32,000 bases of DNA from Desulfobulbus propionicus DSM 2032. Lineage in GTDB: Bacteria; Desulfobacterota; Desulfobulbia; Desulfobulbales; Desulfobulbaceae. The notes under the pieces were generated by a model. It saw only the letters and a list, made by a program, of their open reading frames with translations, was not told the DNA's origin and searched no databases. The DNA lies in contig NC_014972.1 of the NCBI RefSeq assembly GCF_000186885.1, forward strand, positions 1,320,001 to 1,352,000, in the 5' to 3' direction. How positions within the stretch are numbered: position 1 is the stretch's first letter; each line of letters opens with the position of its first letter. Positions 8,873-18,386 of this stretch are shown one piece after another. The translations under genes and the position numbers were made by a program.

Positions 8873-9060
8873 GCCGGTCGGCGTCCGTCCGAGAAAAATC
8901 TTTCGCAAGCCGCTGGGGTCAGGTACAATTATTTTTTGAATTGACGATCGATCGTCGGCCATGAGGCCAGCGCCGGGCCATGATCGATTCGCCGTGGTTT
9001 TTGATGGGTAGGGCCGGATGCCGGCTTTACCGTTTTCATTTTTTCTTCAGGAGAAGATCC

Positions 9061-9333
9061 ATGAAAAAAATTTGCGTGTTGTTCATGTACGCCGCCGTGG
9101 CTGCTGCCCTGGTCGGCTGTGGTACCGCCACCATTCCCCCCAACTATTCGTCGACCAACCCCGATCTGATGCGCATCGGCGGCGACACGCCGGGCAGCCG
9201 GGAGCCTGAGATCATCAACATGGGGTCCTACTGCCTGCAGGTGACCGAGAAATGGAAGGCCGACGGCAAGACCCCGGATGATCAGATCATCTGGACCAAG
9301 GACAGCTACCGCAAGGCAATTCCCTGCCGGTAA
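9061..9333 (+). CDS. small predicted lipoprotein
   Basis: MKKICVLFMYAAVAAALVGCG: signal peptide with lipobox LVGC; AGGAG upstream. Confidence 0.75.
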   Translation: MKKICVLFMYAAVAAALVGCGTATIPPNYSSTNPDLMRIGGDTPGSREPEIINMGSYCLQVTEKWKADGKTPDDQIIWTKDSYRKAIPCR

Positions 9334-9475
9334 GCGGGCGGCCAATGCTTCAATGCGCAACACAAACGGCTGACTCGCCGCGTACGGATCGTGGGGGACA
9401 GGTCCTGGGGTACAAGGCGTTCGAATAACGTGTTCTCGCCTTTTTCCGTTCGTTTTCTCTGGATGAGGTGCATGC

Positions 9476-9820
9476 ATGATCAAAAAGACAACACTTGTCC
9501 TGATGCTCTGCCTGCTGTTGACACCGTCCGTGGGATACTCGCATCATCACCACGGCGACGCGGCCCTGGCCTGGGGGCTGACCGGTTTGTTCATCGGCTC
9601 GATGCTCACCGCCGCCGCCTACCGGCCGCCGGTGGTCTATGCGGCGCCGCCAGCGGTTTACCGGCCGCCGGTGTATGCCTATGCCCCGAGCGTGCCGCCG
9701 GGCTCCTGCCGCTGGGAGCGCTATGTGCTCGATGGCTACGGTCGCGCCCTGCTCGACCCCTACGGCCGGCCGATCAAGGAATATACCATCGGCCCCTGTG
9801 ACTACCCGCCGCCCTATTGA
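9476..9820 (+). CDS. small secreted Pro/Tyr-rich protein
   Basis: MIKKTTLVLMLCLLLTPSVGYSHHHHGDAALAWGLTGLFIGSMLTAAAYRPPVVYAAPPAVYRPPVYAYAPSV: Sec signal peptide and proline-rich repeats. Confidence 0.7.
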   Translation: MIKKTTLVLMLCLLLTPSVGYSHHHHGDAALAWGLTGLFIGSMLTAAAYRPPVVYAAPPAVYRPPVYAYAPSVPPGSCRWERYVLDGYGRALLDPYGRPIKEYTIGPCDYPPPY

Positions 9821-9839
9821 GCGGGCGGGGACCGTCTCC

Positions 9840-9880
9840 CAACCGGCGACCATGTCCGACACGGGTCAGGCCGCCGGTTG
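9840..9880. terminator. hairpin between convergent genes, possible bidirectional terminator
   Basis: CAACCGGCG (9840-9848) / CGCCGGTTG (9872-9880), perfect 9-bp inverted repeat; no clear T tract. Confidence 0.4.
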
Positions 9881-9900
9881 CTTCCTCCCAAAACGGGTCA

Positions 9901-11058
9901 TCAGAGCGCCGCTTCCAGTATCTTGCGGCTTTCGGCCAAGGTAATCTCCCGTTTTTCCCCCAGCGCGGTCAGGCCGTGCGCTTCCAAGGCGTTGAGAACA
10001 TCATCGATCCGCTCCGCGCCCACGCCGTAAGCGCCAAGCCGGGTGGCGACCCCCAACCTCTCGAAAAAGGTTTCGGTCTTGGCAATGGCCGCATCGATCC
10101 GCTCTTCCTCGCTCCCTTCCCGCAGATCCCAGACCCGCTCGGCGAATTGCAGCAGCTTGGCCCGTTTCTGTTCCCGGCGCACCTTCCATACCGCCGGCTG
10201 GACAAGGGCGAGCGTCTTGGCGTGGTCGAGGCCGAACAGGGCGGTGAGTTCGTGACCGATCATGTGGGTGGTCCAGTCCTGGGGCACGCCGGCGCCGATC
10301 AGGCCGTTGAGCGCGTTGGTGGCGCACCACATCAGGTTGGCCCGGGCGTCGTAGTCGGTGGGGTTGTCCAAGGTGGCCGCGCCGATCTCGATCAGGGTGC
10401 GGAGGATGCCCTCGGCGGTGCGGTCCTGGAAGCGGCCCTCGGCCGGCAGGGTGACATACTGCTCCACGGTGTGGATGAAGGTGTCGATAACCCCGTTGGC
10501 CACCTGCGTGGGCGGCAGGGTAAAGGTGAGGGTGGGGTCGAGGATGGAGAACTGGGGAAAGACCAGCGGATGGAAGAAGACGTACTTGCCGCTCTGATGG
10601 CTGATCACCCCGCCCGAATTCATTTCCGAGCCGGTTGCCGGCAGGGTGACCACCGTGCCCAGGGGAACGGCGGAAACGAGTTGCGCCGGTTTGACCCTGC
10701 CCAGGAGAATATCCTCGGCCTTGCCCTCGAAGCGGGAGGCCAGGGCGATGAACTTGGTGCCGTCCATGACCGAGCCGCCGCCGACGGCGAGCAAAAAGTC
10801 GATCTGTTCACCGCGCACCACTTCCACCGCCCGCATCAAGGTGGGGAAACGGGGGTTGGGCTCGATGCCGCCGAACTCGATCACCGCGCGGCTGCCCAGA
10901 GCCTGGCGCACCTTGTCCAGGGTGCCGAATTGCTTGACGCTGCCGCCGCCGTACAGCACCAACACCTTGGCTCCGTCCGGCAGCAAGCGGTTGAGTTCCT
11001 TGATCCGGTCCCTGCCGAAAACGATCCGTGTCGGGTTGTGGAATTCGAAGTTGAACAT
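9901..11058 (-). CDS. iron-containing alcohol dehydrogenase (NADH-dependent butanol dehydrogenase type)
   Basis: FNFEFHNPTRIVFGRDRIKELNRLLPDGAKVLVLYGGGSVKQFGTLDKV...LAVGGGSVMDGTKFIA...MIGHELTALFGLDHAKTLA. Confidence 0.92.
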   Translation of the reverse strand: MFNFEFHNPTRIVFGRDRIKELNRLLPDGAKVLVLYGGGSVKQFGTLDKVRQALGSRAVIEFGGIEPNPRFPTLMRAVEVVRGEQIDFLLAVGGGSVMDGTKFIALASRFEGKAEDILLGRVKPAQLVSAVPLGTVVTLPATGSEMNSGGVISHQSGKYVFFHPLVFPQFSILDPTLTFTLPPTQVANGVIDTFIHTVEQYVTLPAEGRFQDRTAEGILRTLIEIGAATLDNPTDYDARANLMWCATNALNGLIGAGVPQDWTTHMIGHELTALFGLDHAKTLALVQPAVWKVRREQKRAKLLQFAERVWDLREGSEEERIDAAIAKTETFFERLGVATRLGAYGVGAERIDDVLNALEAHGLTALGEKREITLAESRKILEAAL

Positions 11059-11301
11059 AGAGGTGTCTCCTTGGAAGAATGATTGACCGGCTGCCGGTGC
11101 CAGGGGTCGCACCGGCCCTTTGCCTAGAAAAATGCCCTCACCCTAACCATTGCCAGGTGGGCGGGCAAGGAGCGGCGGTGCGGCGCGCGCAGTTTCCCGC
11201 CAGGGTTTTGGGTGGCTGAAGTGGAGCGCCGGGTTGCCGAAACGTGCCCTGTTGGATAGGATGATGCCCAGAAAGAAGACCCTCAACCGATCAGGAGGCC
11301 G

Positions 11302-12147
11302 ATGCCCATGCAGTCCCATCACCTTGTCGCCTATTTTTCACCCGCCGGATCGACCCGGCTGGTGGCCGAAACCATCCGCCTTCGTCTGGCCCATCACGGC
11401 CATGCGGCCACGATGATCGATCTGGGCAAGCGGAACGTCCCGCTCCGGGAAAAGCTGGCGCCCCTAGTCGGCAAGCCCTGCTGCCTGTGGATCGGTTCCC
11501 CGGTCTACTGCGACCATGCGGTTCCGGTGGTGAGTGATTTCCTGGCCGGCCTGCCGTCCGGTCTGGGCGGTCATGGCGTTGCCTTTGTCACCTGGGGCGG
11601 CGTGACCAGCGGCCTGGCCTTGCCCGAACTGGCACAACAGCTGCGGGCAAAGGGGTTCATACCCGTGGCCGCGGCCAAGGTACTGGCCGTGCATTCGTCC
11701 CTGTGGCAATCGCCACGGCCGCTGGGCATGGGCCATCCAAACGGCGGCGATCTGGCCCTGGTCGAGCGGATGGTGGAGGCGGTGGTGAACAATCTGGCCA
11801 ACGGTTCCGTCCAGCCATTGGCACAATCGGCCCTGGAATACCTCTCGCCCGCGCTGCGCGCCGATGCCGCCGGCAAGAGTCTGGCCCTGGCCAAGGCGTC
11901 CATGCCGCCGCTCGCGGCCGATGAACAGCGGTGCAGCCGTTGCGGGGAGTGCGCCCTGGCCTGTCCGGTGGCCGCCATTGTTCTTGACCCTTTTCCGCGC
12001 ATCGGAGCAGCCTGCGTGGTGTGCATGCAGTGCGTCCGCGTCTGTCCGGAAGAAGCCTTTCCCTACAATGCCCAGGCCGTGGCCGAACGCATTGCGGCCA
12101 TGGCCGCGCGCAGCGATGAGGCCAAGGAAACGGCGGTCTTTTATTGA
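11302..12147 (+). CDS. EFR1-type flavodoxin/2x[4Fe-4S] ferredoxin fusion
   Basis: N-terminal flavodoxin-like fold (LVAYFSPAGSTRLVAETI...CLWIGSPVYCDHAVP); C-terminal CSRCGECALACPVAAI and CVVCMQCVRVCPEEAF cysteine clusters. Confidence 0.88.
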   Translation: MPMQSHHLVAYFSPAGSTRLVAETIRLRLAHHGHAATMIDLGKRNVPLREKLAPLVGKPCCLWIGSPVYCDHAVPVVSDFLAGLPSGLGGHGVAFVTWGGVTSGLALPELAQQLRAKGFIPVAAAKVLAVHSSLWQSPRPLGMGHPNGGDLALVERMVEAVVNNLANGSVQPLAQSALEYLSPALRADAAGKSLALAKASMPPLAADEQRCSRCGECALACPVAAIVLDPFPRIGAACVVCMQCVRVCPEEAFPYNAQAVAERIAAMAARSDEAKETAVFY

Positions 12148-15100
12148 AGCAGGTCCGACAGTCCCTGTTTGAGCGCTTCGAGACGCTCGGCAAAAGGCAG
12201 GTCGCGGCCCTGCTTGGCACCGTCGTGGATCTCCTGGGCTTTGTCCGCCCAGTGGTCAAGCCCGCATTGCAACAAGGTTCCCTTGAGAGTATGGGCGCAT
12301 CTGGCCAAGGCGGCCAGGTCGTCCTGTTCGATCGCCGCCGCTGCCTGGGCGAGGGTGCCGGTGATGCTTGACCGGGCCGCCTCCAGGATGCGTTCGATCT
12401 GCTCCGCTTCCAGCAGTGTGGCGTGCTGCAGGGCGTCGCGCACTGTTTGCCTGGATGGCCGAGGCGGTGCAGCCACCCCGGTGGCTGGGGGGCGCGCGGT
12501 CGATGGCGCCGGTGCTTCCGTGCGGGGAGCGGAAGGCCTGTCGAATGGACCCAGTACCTCGAGCAGCTGGCCGGGCTGAAAAGGTTTGGTGATGTAGGTG
12601 TCCATGCCGGCGGCCAGGCACATCTCACGGTCGCCGCCCATGGCGTGGGCGGTCATGGCCACGATGGTCAGATGACGCCCCTTGAGATTGGCGGCCAGCG
12701 GGTCGCTGATTTCCGGCGGCAGTTCGATGGCCAGCGGCCGCTGCTGTTCGATGGCCCGGATCGCGGTTGTGGCGGCCAGGCCGTCCAATACCGGCATCTG
12801 CACATCCATCAGCACCACGTCGTAGCGGTTCAGCGCCAGGGCGCGCAAGGCCTCCAGGCCGTTGCCGGCGGTATTGACCCGATGTTCCCCCTCCAGCAGC
12901 ATGCTGGCCACATCCCGATTAACCTCGTTGTCATCCACCACCAAGATGCGCAGGCCGGTGCGTTTCGCGGCCGCCGCTTCCCGGTCCGCGCCATCGGCCG
13001 GCAGCGGTTGATCACAGACCGGCAGGGGCACGAGGACGTGGAAGGCGCTGCCCTGGTTGATCCGGCTTTCCACCCAGATTTTCCCGCCCATCAGGGTCAC
13101 CAACTGCTTGCAGATGGACAATCCCAGGCCGGTGCCGCCATATTGCCGGACATAGGAGTTGTCGGCCTGTTCAAAACTGTTGAAAATCAAGGCGCGTTTT
13201 TCCTCGGCAATGCCGATGCCGGTATCGATGACCGTGAAATGGATCAGCGGTTCGCTGCCCCCGCTCGATGGCTGCTCCTGGGTGATGCGCAGGGTGATTG
13301 ATCCGGCGGCGGTGAATTTGATCGCGTTGCCGACCAGATTGAGCAGGATCTGCCGCAGCCGCAGGTCATCGCCGACCAGACAGGGCGGCAGATTGGGGGC
13401 GATATCCATCGCCAGCCGCAATCCCTTTTCCCCGGCCGGCATCTGCAGGGTGGCCATCACCTCCTCAAGCAGCTGACGCGGCGAAAAAGGGGCCGTGCTC
13501 AACTTCAGCTGGCCGGCCTCCATCTTGGAAAAATCGAGGATGTCGTTGAGCAGTCCCAGCAGGCTTTCGGCCGAATGGCGCACCGTGTCCAGGAAACGCC
13601 CGCGCTTGTCGTCGTCCCGGGTCTGCATGGCCAGATGGGTCATGCCGATGATAGCGTTCATCGGCGTGCGGATCTCATGGCTCATGTTGGCCAGGAACTG
13701 CGATTTGGCCCGACTGGCCGACTCCGCCTCCCGCGCCAGCCGCTCGGCACGGACAATGGCGGCCTCCAGTTGCCGGTTGGCCTCGCGCACGCTTTCCTCG
13801 GCCTGTTTGCGTTCGCGGATATCGACAAAGCATTCCAGCAGCTTGCGGCGGCCCTTGATGGTGATCATCCGGACCGTCTTCAGCACCGGCAAGGTGGTGC
13901 CGTCGGCGCGGAGCATCAGCCGGTCCGAATTGTCGACCGCCAATCCCCGGTCGATGATCGGGCAGGAAAGCTCATCCTGGGGGCAGAGGAAATGGTGGCA
14001 TTCTCTGCCGATGATCGTTTCGCGGTCGGCGCCGAACAGGGAGGCGGCCAGCGGGTTGACCTCCTCGATGATCCGGCTTTCGCCGTCGATGATCGCCAGG
14101 CCGATGGGCAGGCTCTCGATCAGGGTGCGCTGGATGCGTTCGTTTTCCCGCAGTTCCGCCTCCATCCGCATCCGGTCGGTGATGTCCTCCTTGATGGCGA
14201 TGAAATGGGTGATCGTGCCTTGTTCGTTGCGGATCGGGGAAATGGAGACAGCCTCCCAGTAGAGGGTGCCGTCCTTGCGCTTGTTGTGCAGTTCGCCCTT
14301 CCATTCGAGACCGGCGGTGATGGTCTGCCACAGCTCTTTATAGATTTCCTCGGGCATCATGCCGGACTTGAGGATTCGGGGATTCTGCCCCAGGGCCTCC
14401 TCGACGCTGAAGCCCGATTTCTGCACGAACTTCTGATTGACGTACTCGATGGTGCCGTCGCTGTCGGTGATCACCACGCTGGCCGGACTCTGTTCCACGG
14501 CGGTCATCAGCTTGCGGCCGTTTTCCTCGCTTTGCAGCAGGGCCGCCTCGGTATGCTTGCGTTCGGTGATATCACGGAAGGCGGTCACCGAGCCGACCAC
14601 GGTACCCTGCTGAAAAATGGGACGGCTGGCGATCTCCATGAGCAGCAGCTCTCCGTTCTTGCAGAGGAAATACTCTTCGCCATCGTATCCTTGGCCGCTA
14701 TGGTGCACGGTCTGGAAAAAGGGGCACGCTTCCTTGGGCACGGCGCCGTTGCCGCCATGCCGATGGAACAGGTCATGGGCCACCTGGCCGAGCAATTCGT
14801 CCGCGTCGTAGCCGAGCAGCTGGCAGGCGGCCGGGTTGACCCGGGTGATCACCCCGTCCCGGTTCTGCATATAGATGCCTTCGGCCAGGGCGTTGTTCAT
14901 GGCGCTGAGATTGCGCCGTTCTTCGTCCAGGGCCTGACTGCGGCGGCGCAGACGCCAGAGCAGGGCGAAGACCAGGCAGCACACGGCGATGGTATAGAGC
15001 AGAAGGATATAAAATTCCTGCTGAAATTTGCCAATGATCGGATCAGGGGCGTAGGTGAGCAGATACCCCGACAGACGGCCGGTGACGTCATGAAGCGGCA

Positions 15101-15989
15101 GCAGGGAGACCGTATGGGTGGTTGCGTCAAGTACGACGGCGAGGGTCAGCGGCTGGCCGGCGTGCATGGCCTGGTGCACGTCCTTTCTCTTGCCGAGCAG
15201 GGCATTGATGGCCTTGGCGGTGGCGGAAAGCGGGGCCGGGCTGTCGGGCAGCACGGCGTTGGCGTCTTCCACCAGGTAGTCGTCATGGATGGTTGCCGGG
15301 CTGTACAGCCAACGCTGCTCGGGAAAGAGATAGGTGTCGAGCAGCCGTTTGTTGAGCACATAGGCGTATTCCCGTTCCGGTCCAAGTTCGCGCAGGGCGT
15401 CGATGATCGATTTGAAGGTGACGCTGACCTCGACGCTGCCAAGATGGCGGCCACCCTGGGCCAAGGGGAAGACATAGCGAAAACCGGAGCGGATCTTGCC
15501 GATTTCCAATCCCTGGATGACCCGCTTTTCGGTGTTGCACAGCCGCACGCTGGGCCGGGCCTCGAACAGGGGGTCGCCGTGGCGCTCGGGTTGAAAAAAG
15601 CGCAGATAGCTGGTGCCGTCGGCCAGGTGGAAGTGGAGTTGGAACAGGTTCTGGCGCCGCATCGCCTCGTAGGCGCCAAAGAGGTGGCGATAAAGCCTGC
15701 CCCTGGCCAGATCGCGCTGGAGCCCCTGGCTGTTCACCCCCTGGGCGAATAGGTCAAGCGTTTGGGGGGTGTTGAGGGCGTTGTGGTAAAAGCTCTCCAT
15801 GGCCAGGCGGTAGGACTGGATGCTGGCGCGGTAGGCGGTGTCGAGAATGGCCTGGTGCTCGGAAAAATGGCTTTTTTCCTTGTTGAGTTTGTTGGAGTGC
15901 AGGAACAGGCCAAGGCTCAGGGTGCAGAGCACGGTGATGACGAGAAACCCGAGGGGGCCCTGGTGCGTGATGGAAACGGAGCGGTTCAT
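12141..15989 (-). CDS. large hybrid sensor histidine kinase: periplasmic Cache-like sensor, several PAS, HisKA, HATPase, REC, HPt
   Basis: 1282 aa: two TM segments flanking a periplasmic region; repeated FRDITERK / KEDITDR PAS-PAC junctions; FLANMSHEIRTPMNAIIG (H box); GTGLGLSICKQLV; ILVVDDNEVNRDVA...VVLMDVQMPVLDG (REC); CAHTLKGTLLQCG (HPt). Confidence 0.95.
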   Translation of the reverse strand: MNRSVSITHQGPLGFLVITVLCTLSLGLFLHSNKLNKEKSHFSEHQAILDTAYRASIQSYRLAMESFYHNALNTPQTLDLFAQGVNSQGLQRDLARGRLYRHLFGAYEAMRRQNLFQLHFHLADGTSYLRFFQPERHGDPLFEARPSVRLCNTEKRVIQGLEIGKIRSGFRYVFPLAQGGRHLGSVEVSVTFKSIIDALRELGPEREYAYVLNKRLLDTYLFPEQRWLYSPATIHDDYLVEDANAVLPDSPAPLSATAKAINALLGKRKDVHQAMHAGQPLTLAVVLDATTHTVSLLPLHDVTGRLSGYLLTYAPDPIIGKFQQEFYILLLYTIAVCCLVFALLWRLRRRSQALDEERRNLSAMNNALAEGIYMQNRDGVITRVNPAACQLLGYDADELLGQVAHDLFHRHGGNGAVPKEACPFFQTVHHSGQGYDGEEYFLCKNGELLLMEIASRPIFQQGTVVGSVTAFRDITERKHTEAALLQSEENGRKLMTAVEQSPASVVITDSDGTIEYVNQKFVQKSGFSVEEALGQNPRILKSGMMPEEIYKELWQTITAGLEWKGELHNKRKDGTLYWEAVSISPIRNEQGTITHFIAIKEDITDRMRMEAELRENERIQRTLIESLPIGLAIIDGESRIIEEVNPLAASLFGADRETIIGRECHHFLCPQDELSCPIIDRGLAVDNSDRLMLRADGTTLPVLKTVRMITIKGRRKLLECFVDIRERKQAEESVREANRQLEAAIVRAERLAREAESASRAKSQFLANMSHEIRTPMNAIIGMTHLAMQTRDDDKRGRFLDTVRHSAESLLGLLNDILDFSKMEAGQLKLSTAPFSPRQLLEEVMATLQMPAGEKGLRLAMDIAPNLPPCLVGDDLRLRQILLNLVGNAIKFTAAGSITLRITQEQPSSGGSEPLIHFTVIDTGIGIAEEKRALIFNSFEQADNSYVRQYGGTGLGLSICKQLVTLMGGKIWVESRINQGSAFHVLVPLPVCDQPLPADGADREAAAAKRTGLRILVVDDNEVNRDVASMLLEGEHRVNTAGNGLEALRALALNRYDVVLMDVQMPVLDGLAATTAIRAIEQQRPLAIELPPEISDPLAANLKGRHLTIVAMTAHAMGGDREMCLAAGMDTYITKPFQPGQLLEVLGPFDRPSAPRTEAPAPSTARPPATGVAAPPRPSRQTVRDALQHATLLEAEQIERILEAARSSITGTLAQAAAAIEQDDLAALARCAHTLKGTLLQCGLDHWADKAQEIHDGAKQGRDLPFAERLEALKQGLSDLLQ

Positions 15990-16912
15990 TGCTTGCTGCT
16001 GGTCGGTATGTGCAGATTGCCCTTGTAGAGGCGGACCGGGTCAAAATCACGGTCCGAGGCGGCCACCGCGCCAAAACGAAGGGACTCGCCCCACGAGGCG
16101 AGCATTTCCTTGTCCGCGCCATTCGGATCCAATTGGGTGAGAGCCGTGCGAAGAGCCTCCATGGTCTGTGCCGGCAAGGTGGCCCGATTGGCGATCAGGG
16201 CAAAGGCGGGAAAGGGCGGCGTTTCCGCCAGGATGGCTATGCCGAGATGAGCATATTTTCGGCCGATGGCCGTCTTGACGCCGCCGGCATCGAACTCTCC
16301 TCGGACCACGGCCAGGGCCACGGCATCATGCTTGTCCAGATAGCGGTAGCTGTTGTTCTCCAGGCTGCCGCCATGCTGCCGCAGCAGGCCGTTGACCGCC
16401 AGATAGCCGCAGGTGGACAGCGGCTGGGTGAGAGCGATCCGGCGATGGGTCAGGTTGTCGAGCGGCAACGGCGTGTCGGCCAGGCTGATCAGGGCGCAGG
16501 TGTACATCGGCTGGCCCGATGCCTCGTTGAAATGAACCAGCGGCTCGGCCTGCGGCGCTTGGGCCCGCAGTTCGACATAGGGCAAAGGTCCCAGATAGGC
16601 GAGATCGATGGTGCCCGCCTTGAATTTTTTCAGGATCTGGGCGTAGTCCTCGGAGAAGTCAAATTCGATGGTTACCCCGAGCTGCTTTTGCAGAAAAGCC
16701 ACCATGGGCCGGAATTGGACAACCATGGCTTCGCGGTTTTCCATGGGCAGGGGGGCAAAGCGCAGGCTTTTCGTCTCGGCGGCCAGCGTGGGGCAAAGCG
16801 CTGCCAGGACGATGGCGAACAGGAGCGAGGCGGCCGCGAGCCGTCGCCGGACCTTTGCCGGATGGTTGCAGACGCGGCTGCGCAGGAAATGAAGGAGGTT
16901 TCGGCAGGCCAT
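15986..16912 (-). CDS. PhnD-like phosphate/phosphonate-family periplasmic substrate-binding protein
   Basis: From ATG 16912: Sec signal, then LRFAPLPMENREAMVVQFRPMVAFLQKQLGVTIEFDFSEDYAQILKKFKAGTIDLAYLGPLPYVELRAQAP, typical PhnD superfamily. Confidence 0.88.
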   Translation of the reverse strand: MACRNLLHFLRSRVCNHPAKVRRRLAAASLLFAIVLAALCPTLAAETKSLRFAPLPMENREAMVVQFRPMVAFLQKQLGVTIEFDFSEDYAQILKKFKAGTIDLAYLGPLPYVELRAQAPQAEPLVHFNEASGQPMYTCALISLADTPLPLDNLTHRRIALTQPLSTCGYLAVNGLLRQHGGSLENNSYRYLDKHDAVALAVVRGEFDAGGVKTAIGRKYAHLGIAILAETPPFPAFALIANRATLPAQTMEALRTALTQLDPNGADKEMLASWGESLRFGAVAASDRDFDPVRLYKGNLHIPTSSKQ

Positions 16913-16914
16913 GT

Positions 16915-17550
16915 TCACACCAGTTTTTCCACGCCGCTGTAGAAAAAGTAGCAGGAAAAACAAAGGAGAAACAGGGCGCAGCAACCGATCAGCCGACGAT
17001 AGGCGACCGGGCTGAACAGCCGTCGTCCCCGACTGATGCCAAAGGAGATCAGGCTGTACCACAGCAGGTCAGCCAGGAGATGGCCGGTGAAAAAGGCGGC
17101 CACGCCAAGGAGCCCGAAGCGGGCCGAGTGGAGGATATATCCCAGGCCGATGGAGGCCCACCAGATCAGCCAGTAGGGGTTGCACACACTGAGCACGATG
17201 CCGGCGAGCACCAGGTTTTTTCCGGTTTCTGCGGCGATGACGCTGGGGAGCTGCAAGGTGGGCAGACTCCGCAGCATGGAGCAGCCCATCCAGAAGAGGG
17301 TTGCCCCGCCCAGCAGGGCGATGACGACGAAGACATCGTCGCGGCCGAGCACCGCGGCGAAACCGGAGAGCAGGGCGCCGGCCAGGACCAGCTCCAGCAA
17401 ACCGTGGCCAAAGATCATCAGGGGGCCGGCGACGGCGCCCCGCCGCGTGCTTTCGCTGATGGTCACGGTCATCAGCGGACCGGGCATCATGGCCCCGGAA
17501 AAGGCGATCATGAACGACGAGGCGAAGATGGACAGCAGGGTCAGGGTCAT
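16915..17550 (-). CDS. LysE/RhtB family translocator
   Basis: FMIAFSGAMMPGPLMTVTISESTRRGAVAGPLMIFGHGLLELVLAGALLSG..., six hydrophobic segments, SVCNPYWLIWWASIG. Confidence 0.9.
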   Translation of the reverse strand: MTLTLLSIFASSFMIAFSGAMMPGPLMTVTISESTRRGAVAGPLMIFGHGLLELVLAGALLSGFAAVLGRDDVFVVIALLGGATLFWMGCSMLRSLPTLQLPSVIAAETGKNLVLAGIVLSVCNPYWLIWWASIGLGYILHSARFGLLGVAAFFTGHLLADLLWYSLISFGISRGRRLFSPVAYRRLIGCCALFLLCFSCYFFYSGVEKLV

Positions 17551-18062
17551 GGGAACCGCTTCCGTGACGTTGCGGTGGGATTGCCCGACTCCGTCGCCAC
17601 GGTTGCCGGAACCGCGGGCAGGGAGGCAAGGATCACCAGCACCACCCCGCCGGCGATCACCGCCAGGTTGGCCGCCATGGACAGGCCGTGCAGCTGGCGG
17701 AACCGCACTCGCAGCGGATCGTCCTTGGCGGTGGTCTCAAAGGAGGTGATCGATTGTTTCAACGCGGCGGCACGCGGTTCGAGGACAAAGGCCTGCACCG
17801 AGGTGAGCAGCAGCATCACGGTGATGAGCGCCAGGGATGCCGCGGCAAAGCGGCCCCGGTTGAGCACGTGGCACAGCAGGGCCACCGTCCCGCAGGCCAG
17901 ACCCCAGCGGAAGTAGCCGGGAAAGAGCAGGCTGACGATGTTGCCCGCCAGATCGCGGGACAGAGCGGCAAAGAGTTTGGGGGTGAGGATGAAGGTGAAC
18001 AGGGCCGCGCCGCCCAGCCAGCAGCTCACGGCAAGGTTATGGAGAATGGTCAGCAGATGCAT
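17547..18062 (-). CDS. DUF4149-like integral membrane protein
   Basis: MHLLTILHNLAVSCWLGGAALFTFILTPKLFAALSRDLAGNIVSLLFPGYFRWGLACG, four hydrophobic segments. Confidence 0.7.
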   Translation of the reverse strand: MHLLTILHNLAVSCWLGGAALFTFILTPKLFAALSRDLAGNIVSLLFPGYFRWGLACGTVALLCHVLNRGRFAAASLALITVMLLLTSVQAFVLEPRAAALKQSITSFETTAKDDPLRVRFRQLHGLSMAANLAVIAGGVVLVILASLPAVPATVATESGNPTATSRKRFP

Positions 18063-18386
18063 GGAAGCTCAAGGTTCAGGTTGCGGTGGCCGGGCGTGGC
18101 TGCCGGCGCGCCGTGTGATGCAAACGGTCTTTAATTTATCATGCCGCGAAAAATTAGTGTAGACTTTGTGCGCGGGAACCTGCCGATTCGCGCATGGAGA
18201 CTGGCGCGGCACAGGGAGGAGTTTGCCCTTTTGGGGCGCCATGGCTATTTTTTCGTGGAACTGGTTGTTTTAATGACAGATAATGGGTGTGCGGATTGCG
18301 CAAGGTGTTGTATCATAACCGCACGACAGCAAGGCTGAACGTGCAGCGGGGAACCAAACCGGAGACCGTCCTACGAGGGAGGAGGA

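Noticed and set aside
13575-15752. 725-aa plus-strand ORF
   Set aside because: Shadow ORF antisense to the hybrid histidine kinase, whose motifs are unambiguous.
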